This document shows, in pieces, positions 20,274 to 30,337 of a stretch of DNA of 58,977 nucleotides. The notes under the pieces were generated by a model that saw nothing but the letters and a program-made list of their open reading frames with translations, was not told the DNA's origin and made no database searches. The DNA lies in the sequence record SRR20825010_1901; one strand, written 5' to 3'. The stretch's first letter is position 1. Each line of letters begins with the position of its first letter. A program made the position numbers and the translations under genes.

Positions 20274-20391
20274 CCAATTATCTTTTGGCCCCTTCTGGCA
20301 TCGCTGTTTCTATCCAGATCGCTATCATGGTAAACATGCTGTTGCCCGCTTTACCGGCGCAGCCCCAGACATGTACACCGTGAGGAATGCG

Positions 20392-21183
20392 ATGAACGCC
20401 CGTTTACTGCCCGCCGCTTTGTTAATGGCCTTGGCCACACCTGCCGTATTGGCCCAGACCCCGGAAGAAAAAGGCCTTGAGATCGCCCGGGAGGCGGATA
20501 GCCGTGGCGAAGGCTTTGGGGATTTTCAGGCCGACATGAAGATGGTGCTGATCAGCAAGAGCGGCCAGACCTCGGACCGGGAGCTGCGAGTGAAGACGCT
20601 GGAAGGCACCGGCGAGGAAGAGGGTGACAAGAGCCTGACTATCTTCGATACCCCCCGCGACGTGCGCGGCACGGCCATGCTCACGTTCAGCTACAAGACC
20701 CGTGATGATGACCAATGGCTGTACCTGCCTGCATTGCGCCGGGTAAAGACCATTGCCTCACGGAACAAATCCGGCCCCTTCATGGGCAGTGAATTCAGTT
20801 TTGAAGACATGCGCGGCCAGGAAGTGGAGAAGTACACCTACAAGTACCTGCGTGACGAAGCGTGTGGCGAACTGACCTGCTTCGTGGTGGAGCGCTATCC
20901 GCAGGATGAAAATTCCGGTTACACCCGGCAGGTTTCCTGGATTGACCAACAGGAATACCGGACCTGGAAAGTGGACTATTACGATCGCAAGGAAAGCTTG
21001 CTTAAGACGCTGACGGCCAGTGATTTCTCCCAGTACAAAGACAAATACTGGCAGCCGGGCAAGATGTCCATGGTCAATCACCAGACAGGGAAATCCACGG
21101 ACCTGTTCTGGAGCAACTATCGCTATGACACGGGCCTGAGCGAATCGGATTTCAACAAGAACAGCCTGAAACGCGCCCGTTGA
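20392..21183 (+). CDS. Outer-membrane lipoprotein-sorting (LolA-like) family protein
   Basis: Signal peptide; PRDVRGT, DDQWLYLPALRRVKTI, SGPFMGSEFSFED, YYDRKESLLKT. Confidence 0.88.
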   Translation: MNARLLPAALLMALATPAVLAQTPEEKGLEIAREADSRGEGFGDFQADMKMVLISKSGQTSDRELRVKTLEGTGEEEGDKSLTIFDTPRDVRGTAMLTFSYKTRDDDQWLYLPALRRVKTIASRNKSGPFMGSEFSFEDMRGQEVEKYTYKYLRDEACGELTCFVVERYPQDENSGYTRQVSWIDQQEYRTWKVDYYDRKESLLKTLTASDFSQYKDKYWQPGKMSMVNHQTGKSTDLFWSNYRYDTGLSESDFNKNSLKRAR

Positions 21184-21200
21184 TTTCGCCCGTTAAGAAC

Positions 21201-22484
21201 ATGAAAAACTGGCTGCTAACGGCATCGTTGCTGACGGTGCCTCTCATTTCCCCTGCGTGGGAGTTTCGCGGTGAAGTGGCGCTCGAAGGACGTTATTTTA
21301 CCCAGGACTCTCCCTATCCCCAGGCGGATTATTCCACTAATGGTTCCGGCTATATCAAGCCGGAAGTTTTCCATGAGTGGAATAACCGCGATGACCTGTT
21401 CACCTTCATTCCCTATGTCCGGGTGGATGAGCATGACTCTGAGCGCACCCACTGGGACATCCGTGAGCTGTCCTGGATTCATGTGGGCAATGGCTGGGAA
21501 TCCCGGGTGGGAATTCGCAAGGTGTTCTGGGGCGTCACCGAAGGCCGCCATCTGGTGGATATCATTAACCAGACCGATCAGGTGGATCAGGTGGATGGCG
21601 AGGAAAAGCTCGGCCAGCCCATGATTAATCTGTCCACGGTACGGGATTGGGGCATCGTCGATGTGTTCGTGCTGCCCGGTTTCCGTGAGCGCACCTACGC
21701 GGGTGAAGAGGGGCGTCCGCGTACACCTTTGCCGGTGTCTGATAACACCCAGTACGAATCCTCGAAAGAAAACCAGCGGGTGGATTTTGCCATTCGCTAC
21801 CAGCAGTACTTCGACAACGGGCTGGAGCTGGCCCTGTCGCATTTTTCCGGTACCAGCCGCGACCCGTTGCTGATTCCGGATTCCCTGACGCTGGCTGAGT
21901 TGCAGGCACTGATCGCCACCGGGCAATTGCCGTCGGGGAGCGACCCGGAATTTACCCCCTTGTACAGCGTGATCGACCAGACCGGTCTGGAGTTGCAATA
22001 CCTGAACAGCGGCTGGCTGTGGAAGCTGGAAGCGATCAGTCGGTCCGGGCAGGGCGAGCGTTTCACTGCGGTGGATGGTGGTTTTGAATTTACCCAGGTG
22101 GGGCTGTTCGATACGGCCACGGATCTGGGCTGGATTGTGGAGTACATCTGGGAAGACCGGGAGGACAGTCTGGCGTCGCCGTTGGCCAGCGATGTGCTGC
22201 TGGGGACCCGTTTTACCTTCAATGACGTGGCCTCCACGGAGATCCTCGCCGGTATTATTTATGACACCCAAGACGAGGAAAAAGCCATCAGCCTGGAATC
22301 CAGCCGCCGTTTTGGCAACAGTCTAAAGGCCAGCCTTGAAGCGAGGTTCTATACCGATACCGGCAAGCCCCAAAGTGCCTCCGCGCTGTATCGCGATGTC
22401 CTGTGTAACGTCAACAGCAATCCTGGCCTGGGCCCGATTAGCCGGTCTGACTTCGTTCAGGCGGAGCTGGTGTATTACTTTTAG
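21201..22484 (+). CDS. Hypothetical outer-membrane beta-barrel protein
   Basis: Signal peptide, amphipathic strands, GIRKVFWGVTE..HLVDIINQTD, C-terminal AELVYYF. Confidence 0.72.
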   Translation: MKNWLLTASLLTVPLISPAWEFRGEVALEGRYFTQDSPYPQADYSTNGSGYIKPEVFHEWNNRDDLFTFIPYVRVDEHDSERTHWDIRELSWIHVGNGWESRVGIRKVFWGVTEGRHLVDIINQTDQVDQVDGEEKLGQPMINLSTVRDWGIVDVFVLPGFRERTYAGEEGRPRTPLPVSDNTQYESSKENQRVDFAIRYQQYFDNGLELALSHFSGTSRDPLLIPDSLTLAELQALIATGQLPSGSDPEFTPLYSVIDQTGLELQYLNSGWLWKLEAISRSGQGERFTAVDGGFEFTQVGLFDTATDLGWIVEYIWEDREDSLASPLASDVLLGTRFTFNDVASTEILAGIIYDTQDEEKAISLESSRRFGNSLKASLEARFYTDTGKPQSASALYRDVLCNVNSNPGLGPISRSDFVQAELVYYF

Positions 22485-22539
22485 AGCAGTGCTTGACGCT
22501 GGACGCCGAAGGCCTGACGGGAACGATCGCCTTTCTTTC

Positions 22540-22583
22540 TTGACCCTCCTGGCAGCCAAACGTATGTTTGAAACGTATGTTTT
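22540..22583 (+). promoter_or_regulatory. Sigma70 promoter overlapped by two tandem PsrA-type operators
   Basis: TTGACC (22540-45), 17 bp, TATGTT (22563-68); CAAAC-gtat-GTTTG (22557-70) and GAAAC-gtat-GTTTT (22570-83) fit the (G/C)AAAC-N2-4-GTTT(G/C) consensus. Confidence 0.8.
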
Positions 22584-22601
22584 GAACGCACAGGGCAGGC
22601 T

Positions 22602-23258
22602 ATGGCACAGGCGGGCACAGTAGACCGGATTCTTGATACCGCAGAGGTATTGTTTGCCCAGAAGGGCTTCGCGGAAACCAGCCTGCGTGCGATTACCAGC
22701 AAGGCCGGGGTGAACCTGGCGGCGGTGAATTACCACTTTGGCTCCAAGGAAGCGCTGATTCAGGCTGTCTTTGAACGCTTTCTGACGCCTTTCAGCCTGG
22801 CGCTGGATGCCAAACTCGACGAAATGGAAGCTTCCGGGATTCCCGATACCCCCGAGAACGTGCTCGGCATCGTGTTTCGCCTGGCCCTGGGTACCCACCC
22901 GGATGACCCTCAACGCGCGGCGATCTTCTTTCGCCTTTCGGGTCAGGCCTACAGCCAGCCCCAAGGGCACCTGCGCGAATATCTCCATACTCACTACGGT
23001 GCCGTGTTCGCCCGATTGCAGCTCCATTTGCATCAGGCAGTGCCCGGGGTGCCGCCCATGGAGCTGTTCTGGCGTGTACAGTTCAGCCTCGGTGCGGTCA
23101 TTTTCACTCTGTCGGGCATGCAATCGCTGCAAAGCATCAGCAAGGCCGATTTCAATATGGACGCGAGCACAGCGGATATCACCAAGCGCTTACTGCCGTT
23201 TCTGGTCGGTGGCATTCAGGCGGAAGTGCCGGATCAGCCGTTGCAAACGGAACGCTAG
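22602..23258 (+). CDS. psrA: TetR family regulator PsrA (fatty-acid responsive)
   Basis: TVDRILDTAEVLFAQKGFAETSLRAITSKAGVNLAAVNYHFGSKEALI, SQPQGHLR, ELFWR; upstream of nagZ; autoregulatory box present. Confidence 0.85.
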   Translation: MAQAGTVDRILDTAEVLFAQKGFAETSLRAITSKAGVNLAAVNYHFGSKEALIQAVFERFLTPFSLALDAKLDEMEASGIPDTPENVLGIVFRLALGTHPDDPQRAAIFFRLSGQAYSQPQGHLREYLHTHYGAVFARLQLHLHQAVPGVPPMELFWRVQFSLGAVIFTLSGMQSLQSISKADFNMDASTADITKRLLPFLVGGIQAEVPDQPLQTER

Positions 23259-23336
23259 ACGCTGCAAAGGCGTTGTTCGTTAGGTTTGGCAATAGTTCGC
23301 GTTGCAACGGCGAACTTTCAACTTGAAACTATCCCC

Positions 23337-23807
23337 ATGGAACTGATTATCAACTTGTCTGAGCAATGGCTGGAGCTGCGTGGCACGCGGACCGAGCGTT
23401 TTGCGATCTCTTCAGCTGCTAACGGTGCTGGCGAAGCCATGGGTAGTGGTGCTACCCCCCGTGGTGACCATGTGGTTCGGGCCCGCTTTGGTGCCGGGTT
23501 ACCGTCTGGGGCGGTATTGCTGGGCCGCAAGTTTTCCGGTGAAGTGTTCGACGCCGAGCTGGGCGCCCGTTTTCCCGAGCGTGACTGGGTGCTGAGTCGC
23601 ATTCTCTGGCTTGGTGGCCTGGAACCGGGCCGGAATCTGGGCGGCGACGTGGATAGTTTTCGGCGCTTTATTTATATTCACGGCACACCGGACAGTGAGC
23701 CCATGGGCAGACCGGCCTCCCATGGCTGTATCCGGATGCGAAACGATGCGGTGATTCGTGTGTTTGACCAGGTGCCAGTAGGCACCCGGGTGACGATCAC
23801 CGATTAA
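23337..23807 (+). CDS. L,D-transpeptidase (YkuD) family protein
   Basis: IYIHGTPD...PASHGCIRMRN catalytic motif. Confidence 0.9.
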   Translation: MELIINLSEQWLELRGTRTERFAISSAANGAGEAMGSGATPRGDHVVRARFGAGLPSGAVLLGRKFSGEVFDAELGARFPERDWVLSRILWLGGLEPGRNLGGDVDSFRRFIYIHGTPDSEPMGRPASHGCIRMRNDAVIRVFDQVPVGTRVTITD

Positions 23808-24853
23808 TGTCTTCTGCCTACAAGGTTGCCATGTCTGCATCCGCCTCCCCGTTATTAATGCTCGACCTGGAAGGGCTCGAGGTCAGCGCCTCGGAAAAAG
23901 ACATGCTGGCACACCCCGGTGCCGGTGGTCTGATTCTGTTTACCCGTAATTATGCCAATCGCGAACAGCTGGCTGAACTGGTGCGCCAGGTGCGGGCCGT
24001 ACGCCCGGACATGTTGATCGCGGTGGACCAGGAAGGTGGGCGAGTGCAGCGCTTTCGCGACGGCTTTGTCCGCCTGCCGCCCATGGCCGCGCTGGGGCAG
24101 CGTTATGACCAGTCTCCCACAGAGGCGGTTCGTGAAGCGGCGCTGCTGGGGGAGCTGATGGCATCGGAGCTGACCGAGCTGGATATCGATATCAGTTTCG
24201 CGCCGGTGCTGGATCTGGACTACGGCAATAGCTCGGTGATTGGTGATCGTAGCTTCCATGGTGAGGCAGATGCCATGATCGCCCTGGCTGGCGCCTTTAT
24301 CGATGGCATGAGCGCCGCGGGCATGGCGGCCACGGGCAAGCATTTTCCGGGCCATGGCCATGTGGTTGCCGACTCGCACCTTGAATTACCGGTAGACCCG
24401 CGCCCGCTGGCTGAGCTGGAGGCGGCAGACATGCGCCCCTTCATGGCGTTGGCGGCGAAGCTGGACGGCATCATGCCCGCCCATGTGATTTACAGTGCGG
24501 TGGAGCAGCAGACAGCCGGGTTCTCTCGCTTCTGGTTGCAGACGCAGTTACGTGAGCGACTGGGCTTCCGCGGTGTGATTTTTTCTGATGATTTGTCCAT
24601 GGCGGGTGCCCACGGTGTGGGCGGTTATCCGCAACGGGCGCAGGCGGCACTGGAGGCCGGTTGTGACATGGTGCTGGCCTGCAATTGCCGGGAAGGGGCC
24701 GAGCAGGTACTGGATTTCCTGCAGGCTAACCGGTTTCAGGGCCAGGTGCCGGCGGCAGGGCTGCGTGCCCGGCCACGCTTGCCCATGGTGCCGGAGCGCC
24801 GGGCCATTGCCACTGAGTTGGCCGCTGCACTGCGCGAGCAGGTTGCGGTATAA
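23807..24853 (+). CDS. nagZ: Beta-N-acetylhexosaminidase (GH3)
   Basis: AVDQEGGRVQR, SFAPVLD, KHFPGHGHVVADSH, FSDDLSM. Confidence 0.96.
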   Translation: MSSAYKVAMSASASPLLMLDLEGLEVSASEKDMLAHPGAGGLILFTRNYANREQLAELVRQVRAVRPDMLIAVDQEGGRVQRFRDGFVRLPPMAALGQRYDQSPTEAVREAALLGELMASELTELDIDISFAPVLDLDYGNSSVIGDRSFHGEADAMIALAGAFIDGMSAAGMAATGKHFPGHGHVVADSHLELPVDPRPLAELEAADMRPFMALAAKLDGIMPAHVIYSAVEQQTAGFSRFWLQTQLRERLGFRGVIFSDDLSMAGAHGVGGYPQRAQAALEAGCDMVLACNCREGAEQVLDFLQANRFQGQVPAAGLRARPRLPMVPERRAIATELAAALREQVAV

Positions 24854-24894
24854 AACCGATTTTCACTGAATAGTAAAAGCGAAGGAAAAGATTA

Positions 24895-26038
24895 ATGAAT
24901 TGGGACTGGAATCAATTGCTGCAGTGGCCCACGGATCAGACGCCAATGGATATCTGGCTGACGCAGCTGTTTGTCATTGTACTGTGCACGGTGTCCGTCA
25001 ACTTTATTCTGATGCGCAGTATCGATGTGGCAGAGCGGTTGATTGGTAAAACTGACACCCTGTGGGATGACGCCTTGCTGGAAGCGGCGCGTATCCCGGT
25101 TCGTCTGGTGTTCTGGGTGATCGGCTTGTCCGTGTCCATGGAGCTGCTGCAGGCGGTGTCCACCGAGAAAAACGCCCTGTTTGAGTTAGTACCCCAGGCG
25201 CGTCGTATCGCCTTTATTATCATCATCGCCATGTTCCTGAACCGGTTTGTTTCCTATACGGAAAAAAACCTGATTGATCCGGGCCGCATGCGCAAGCCGA
25301 TGGATCGGTCCACGGCTGCTGCGGTTGCGAAACTGCTGCGGGTCTCGGTGATTATTACGTCATTGCTGATCATTTTGCAGACACTGGGCTATAGCATTTC
25401 CGGGGTGCTGGCCTTTGGCGGCATTGGTGGCATGGCGGTGGCCTTTGCGGCCAAGGATCTGCTGGCCAATTTCTTTGGCGGCATGATGGTATATCTGGAC
25501 AAACCGTTCCGGGTCGGGGATTGGGTGCGTTCTCCGGATCGCTCTATTGAAGGCAGTGTGGAAGATATCGGCTGGCGCCTGACCCGCATTCGTACTTTCG
25601 ATCAGCGCCCGCTGTATATTCCCAATGCCATGTTTACCTCCATCGTTCTGGAAAACCCGTCGCGGATGTACAACCGTCGTATCAATGAAAAAATCGGCAT
25701 TCGCTATGATGACTGGCAAAAGATGCCCGGCATTGTGGCCGACGTGCGTGCCATGCTGATTGAGCATGAAGACCTGGAAACGGAAAACCGTACCCTGATC
25801 GTGAACTTCGATAGCTACGGAGCCTCACACCTGGAATTCTTTATCTATACGTTCACCAAAACCACCCAATGGGTGCAGTACCATGAAATCAAGCAGGACG
25901 TACTCATGAAGATCATGAGTATCGTCCATGAGCACGGTGCCGAGTTTGCGTTCCCCACGCGCACCTTGCACCTGGTCAGCCAGAATGATGATGCCCCGGC
26001 AACGGGCCTGGAAGACAACAATCCGGAGGACGCACAGC

Positions 26039-26052
<14 letters not shown>
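24895..26052 (+). CDS. MscS family mechanosensitive channel (YnaI-like)
   Basis: Multiple TMs; GGIGGMAVAFAAKDLLANFFGG, KPFRVGDW, VEDIGWRLTRIRTFD, FAFPT. Confidence 0.93.
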
Positions 26053-27354
<1,302 letters not shown>

Positions 27355-27411
27355 CCCCTACTCAGGCAACCGGTTTGTCAGGTTGCTTGCTGGCATAAGG
27401 AGCATGCATCG

Positions 27412-28437
27412 GTGACGTTGCTGATTATATTCGCCACCATTTCCATTGGCTTTTCTTTTGTGTGCTCCGTGCTGGAAGCGGCGCTGCTGTCCATTACCCC
27501 CAGCTTTATTGCCGGCCTGCGCGACAGTAACCCGAAGCTGTATACGAGCCTGCGCGCGTTCAAGGATGATATCGACAAGCCCCTGTCGGCGATTCTGACC
27601 TTGAACACCGTGGCGCATACGGTCGGCGCCACCGGTGTCGGCGCCCAGGTGGCGGTGGTGTTTGGTGAGGCCTGGCTGGGCGCGGCGTCAGGCATTATGA
27701 CGCTGGCGATTCTGGTGTTCTCCGAAATCATCCCCAAAACCATCGGCGCGAAATACTGGCGTTCACTGGCACCGATGCTGCCGCCCACGCTCAAGGTCAT
27801 CATGGTGTCGCTGCTGCCGTTTGTGTGGCTGTCCAAGCTGATAACCAGCCGTATCGGTGGCAACGAACATGATGTGGATGTGCGGGCGGAAATCCGCGCG
27901 TTGGCAGACATGGGAGAAGACCAGGGCGCGCTGGATGACGACGAACACCGGGTGATTCACAACATTTTGCGCCTGCATGATATCCGGGTCGGCACCATTA
28001 TGACCCCGAGCACGGTCTGTCGGGTGGTCGAGCCGGGCCTGACCGTGAGTGCATTCAAGGAGCGGGAGAAGGGGCAGCCGTTTTCCCGTTACCCGGTGAT
28101 GAGCGCCAGTGGTGAAGCAAAAGGCTATATCCATAAATCCGATTTGCTGGATAGTGGCCCGGACCAGACCATGCAGGCGTTGGCCCGCGAGGTGTCCATG
28201 GTGCATACCACGCTCAATATCGAAGACTTGTTTAGCGCCATGTTGACCCAACGTCAGCATATGGCAGTGGTTTATGATGACCACGGCACCTGGGTGGGCC
28301 TGATCACCCTGGAAGATATTCTGGAAAGCATCCTGGGCCGTGAAATCATGGATGAAACCGATAACGTGGCCGACCTGCGCCTGTATGCGCGCCAACGCTG
28401 GAACCGGCGGCTGAAAAAGCAGGACAAACCACAGTAA
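27412..28437 (+). CDS. CNNM (DUF21) plus CBS domain protein
   Basis: SFVCSVLEAALLS, LSAILTLNTVAHTVGA, SEIIPKTIG, FSRYPV, GLITLEDILE. Confidence 0.92.
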   Translation: MTLLIIFATISIGFSFVCSVLEAALLSITPSFIAGLRDSNPKLYTSLRAFKDDIDKPLSAILTLNTVAHTVGATGVGAQVAVVFGEAWLGAASGIMTLAILVFSEIIPKTIGAKYWRSLAPMLPPTLKVIMVSLLPFVWLSKLITSRIGGNEHDVDVRAEIRALADMGEDQGALDDDEHRVIHNILRLHDIRVGTIMTPSTVCRVVEPGLTVSAFKEREKGQPFSRYPVMSASGEAKGYIHKSDLLDSGPDQTMQALAREVSMVHTTLNIEDLFSAMLTQRQHMAVVYDDHGTWVGLITLEDILESILGREIMDETDNVADLRLYARQRWNRRLKKQDKPQ

Positions 28438-28476
28438 GGCATTGCGCAACGCGCGCCGAGAATGGAGGAGAGCATT

Positions 28477-29445
28477 ATGACCGGCATTTACCAAGACAAT
28501 AGTGAAACCATCGGTAATACCCCCCTGGTGAAGATCAACCGCATCAGTCAGGGCAATATTCTCGCCAAGATCGAATCCCGTAACCCGGCGGGCAGTGTGA
28601 AGTGCCGGATCGGCGCGTCCATGATCTGGGACGCAGAGAAGAGCGGCAAACTGAAGCCAGGCATGACGCTGGTGGAACCCACCAGTGGTAACACCGGCAT
28701 TGCGTTGGCCTATGTGGCGGCCGCCCGGGGCTATGATCTGGTCCTGACCATGCCGGACTCCATGAGTCTGGAGCGCCGCAAGATCCTCAAGGCGCTGGGA
28801 GCCAAACTGGTGCTGACGCCCGGCCCGAAAGGCATGCCCGGTGCTATCGCCAAGGCAGAAGAGCTGGTGCAGGAAAACCCGGACAGCCACCTGATGCTGC
28901 AACAGTTCAATAACCCGGCTAACCCGGCGATCCACGAGAAGACCACGGGCCCGGAAATCTGGGACGCCACCGGCGGGGATATCGATGTACTGGTGAGCGG
29001 GGTTGGCACTGGTGGCACCATTACCGGCGTGGCCCGTTACATCAAAAACACTCAGGGCAAGGCGATTACCGCCGTGGCCGTAGAGCCCGATTCCTCGACC
29101 ATGATTTCGGCGGCGCTGAAGGGCGAAGAGCCGACCCATGGCCCCCACAAGATTCAGGGCATTGGTGCCGGTTTTGTACCGAAGAACCTGGATATGTCAG
29201 TGGTGGACCGGGCTGAGCAGGTCAGCAACGAAGAGGCCATGGAGTGGGCCCACAAGTTGATGCAGGAAGAAGGCATTCTGGCCGGTATTTCCTGCGGGGC
29301 GGCCATGTGTGTAGCGGATCGTCTCAGCCAGGAGCCAGAATTCGCCGGCAAGACCATTGTGGTGGTGCTGCCGGATTCCGGGGAGCGTTACCTCAGCTCC
29401 CCCTTGTTTGCCGATACCTTCACTGAGCAAGAGCTCGGCCAGTAA
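28477..29445 (+). CDS. cysK: Cysteine synthase A
   Basis: [23 protein letters not shown] (PLP Lys), [31 protein letters not shown]. Confidence 0.96.
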   Translation: MTGIYQDNSETIGNTPLVKINRISQGNILAKIESRNPAGSVKCRIGASMIWDAEKSGKLKPGMTLVEPTSGNTGIALAYVAAARGYDLVLTMPDSMSLERRKILKALGAKLVLTPGPKGMPGAIAKAEELVQENPDSHLMLQQFNNPANPAIHEKTTGPEIWDATGGDIDVLVSGVGTGGTITGVARYIKNTQGKAITAVAVEPDSSTMISAALKGEEPTHGPHKIQGIGAGFVPKNLDMSVVDRAEQVSNEEAMEWAHKLMQEEGILAGISCGAAMCVADRLSQEPEFAGKTIVVVLPDSGERYLSSPLFADTFTEQELGQ

Positions 29446-29584
29446 CACGGCCCGGCAGTATGGTGCTCAGTGGCACTAATCCCGCTGCTGAGCGCTGTAC
29501 TGTCAGGGGCGGGCAGGGTATAACTGCACCATAAGCCCGTACACGGGCAGCTTCCGCCTTCAGGCGGACTATTGGGGGAACACC

Positions 29585-29863
29585 ATGAAGAGCACCATGA
29601 AATACCTTGCAGTCATGCTCTGCGGTGCCACATTGCTCAGTGGTTGTTATTTTGAAGAAGATGACATCAGCAGCAGTGAGCGGCAGGAACAACTTCCTAT
29701 CGTGCAGAATGATGCGCCACAGGGCACCCGCATAGTGCCAGGCGAGCAGGTCATGAGCAGCGGCCGCTACCGCAACGACATTCAGGTGGCCAATGGCGCT
29801 GCCGCGATCAAGGCAACCAGCGAACATTACGGCACCACCGCCGAAATCTCCGTTATTCAGTAA
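29585..29863 (+). CDS. Small lipoprotein of unknown function
   Basis: GGGGGA RBS; signal peptide with lipobox LLSG-C. Confidence 0.7.
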   Translation: MKSTMKYLAVMLCGATLLSGCYFEEDDISSSERQEQLPIVQNDAPQGTRIVPGEQVMSSGRYRNDIQVANGAAAIKATSEHYGTTAEISVIQ

Positions 29864-30337
29864 TCGATGGCTGGCGTTACTGAATAACGCAGGCCGGATT
29901 CCGGGAAGACAAGCCATGTGCCTGGCGGCGAATGTCGCCGTTCATTAAGCTAATGTCTTCCGCGGAATATTTTTCTGCACGACTTCCCTTTTGTTCGCCT
30001 CATTGCGTTGCTACAGCCCGTGGCATTGCCGGGAGGATTGCGTCGTTATTAAGCGGCTTTGCAGTGTGTCTGCATTGTTAGCACTATAGTCTCTTTAAAT
30101 TCCTTATTTTACTTTCTAACGCTTCACTTCTCCTTCATGTGTCAGTAGCGCGTGAAATCTTGACAGCTTTTTTGTTAAGCCCGATGGCGCGGCGGTGAAT
30201 AACTGTCGTCGTGTAGTAAGACCGGGAACTCCCTTCATGACGGTCCTCTTTCTGCGAGCGCACAATCGCGTCATGCGATGTATACAGCGTGACTCGTTAT
30301 GTCGATTTTAAATAACAATTCCTCGGGAGAAAGACTA

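Noticed and set aside
20111-20280. CRISPR array or tRNA
   Set aside because: No repeat-spacer periodicity and no cloverleaf or T-loop motifs; only inverted and 7-bp repeats. No cas genes in the window.
27763-29148. 461-aa minus-strand ORF, and similar long antisense ORFs over topA, mfd and nqr
   Set aside because: Antisense shadows of conserved housekeeping genes.
29471-29486. Possible sigma54 promoter TGGCAC-N7-GC upstream of the small lipoprotein
   Set aside because: GG-N10-GC spacing is right, but the -12 element is CCGC rather than TTGC; too weak to call.
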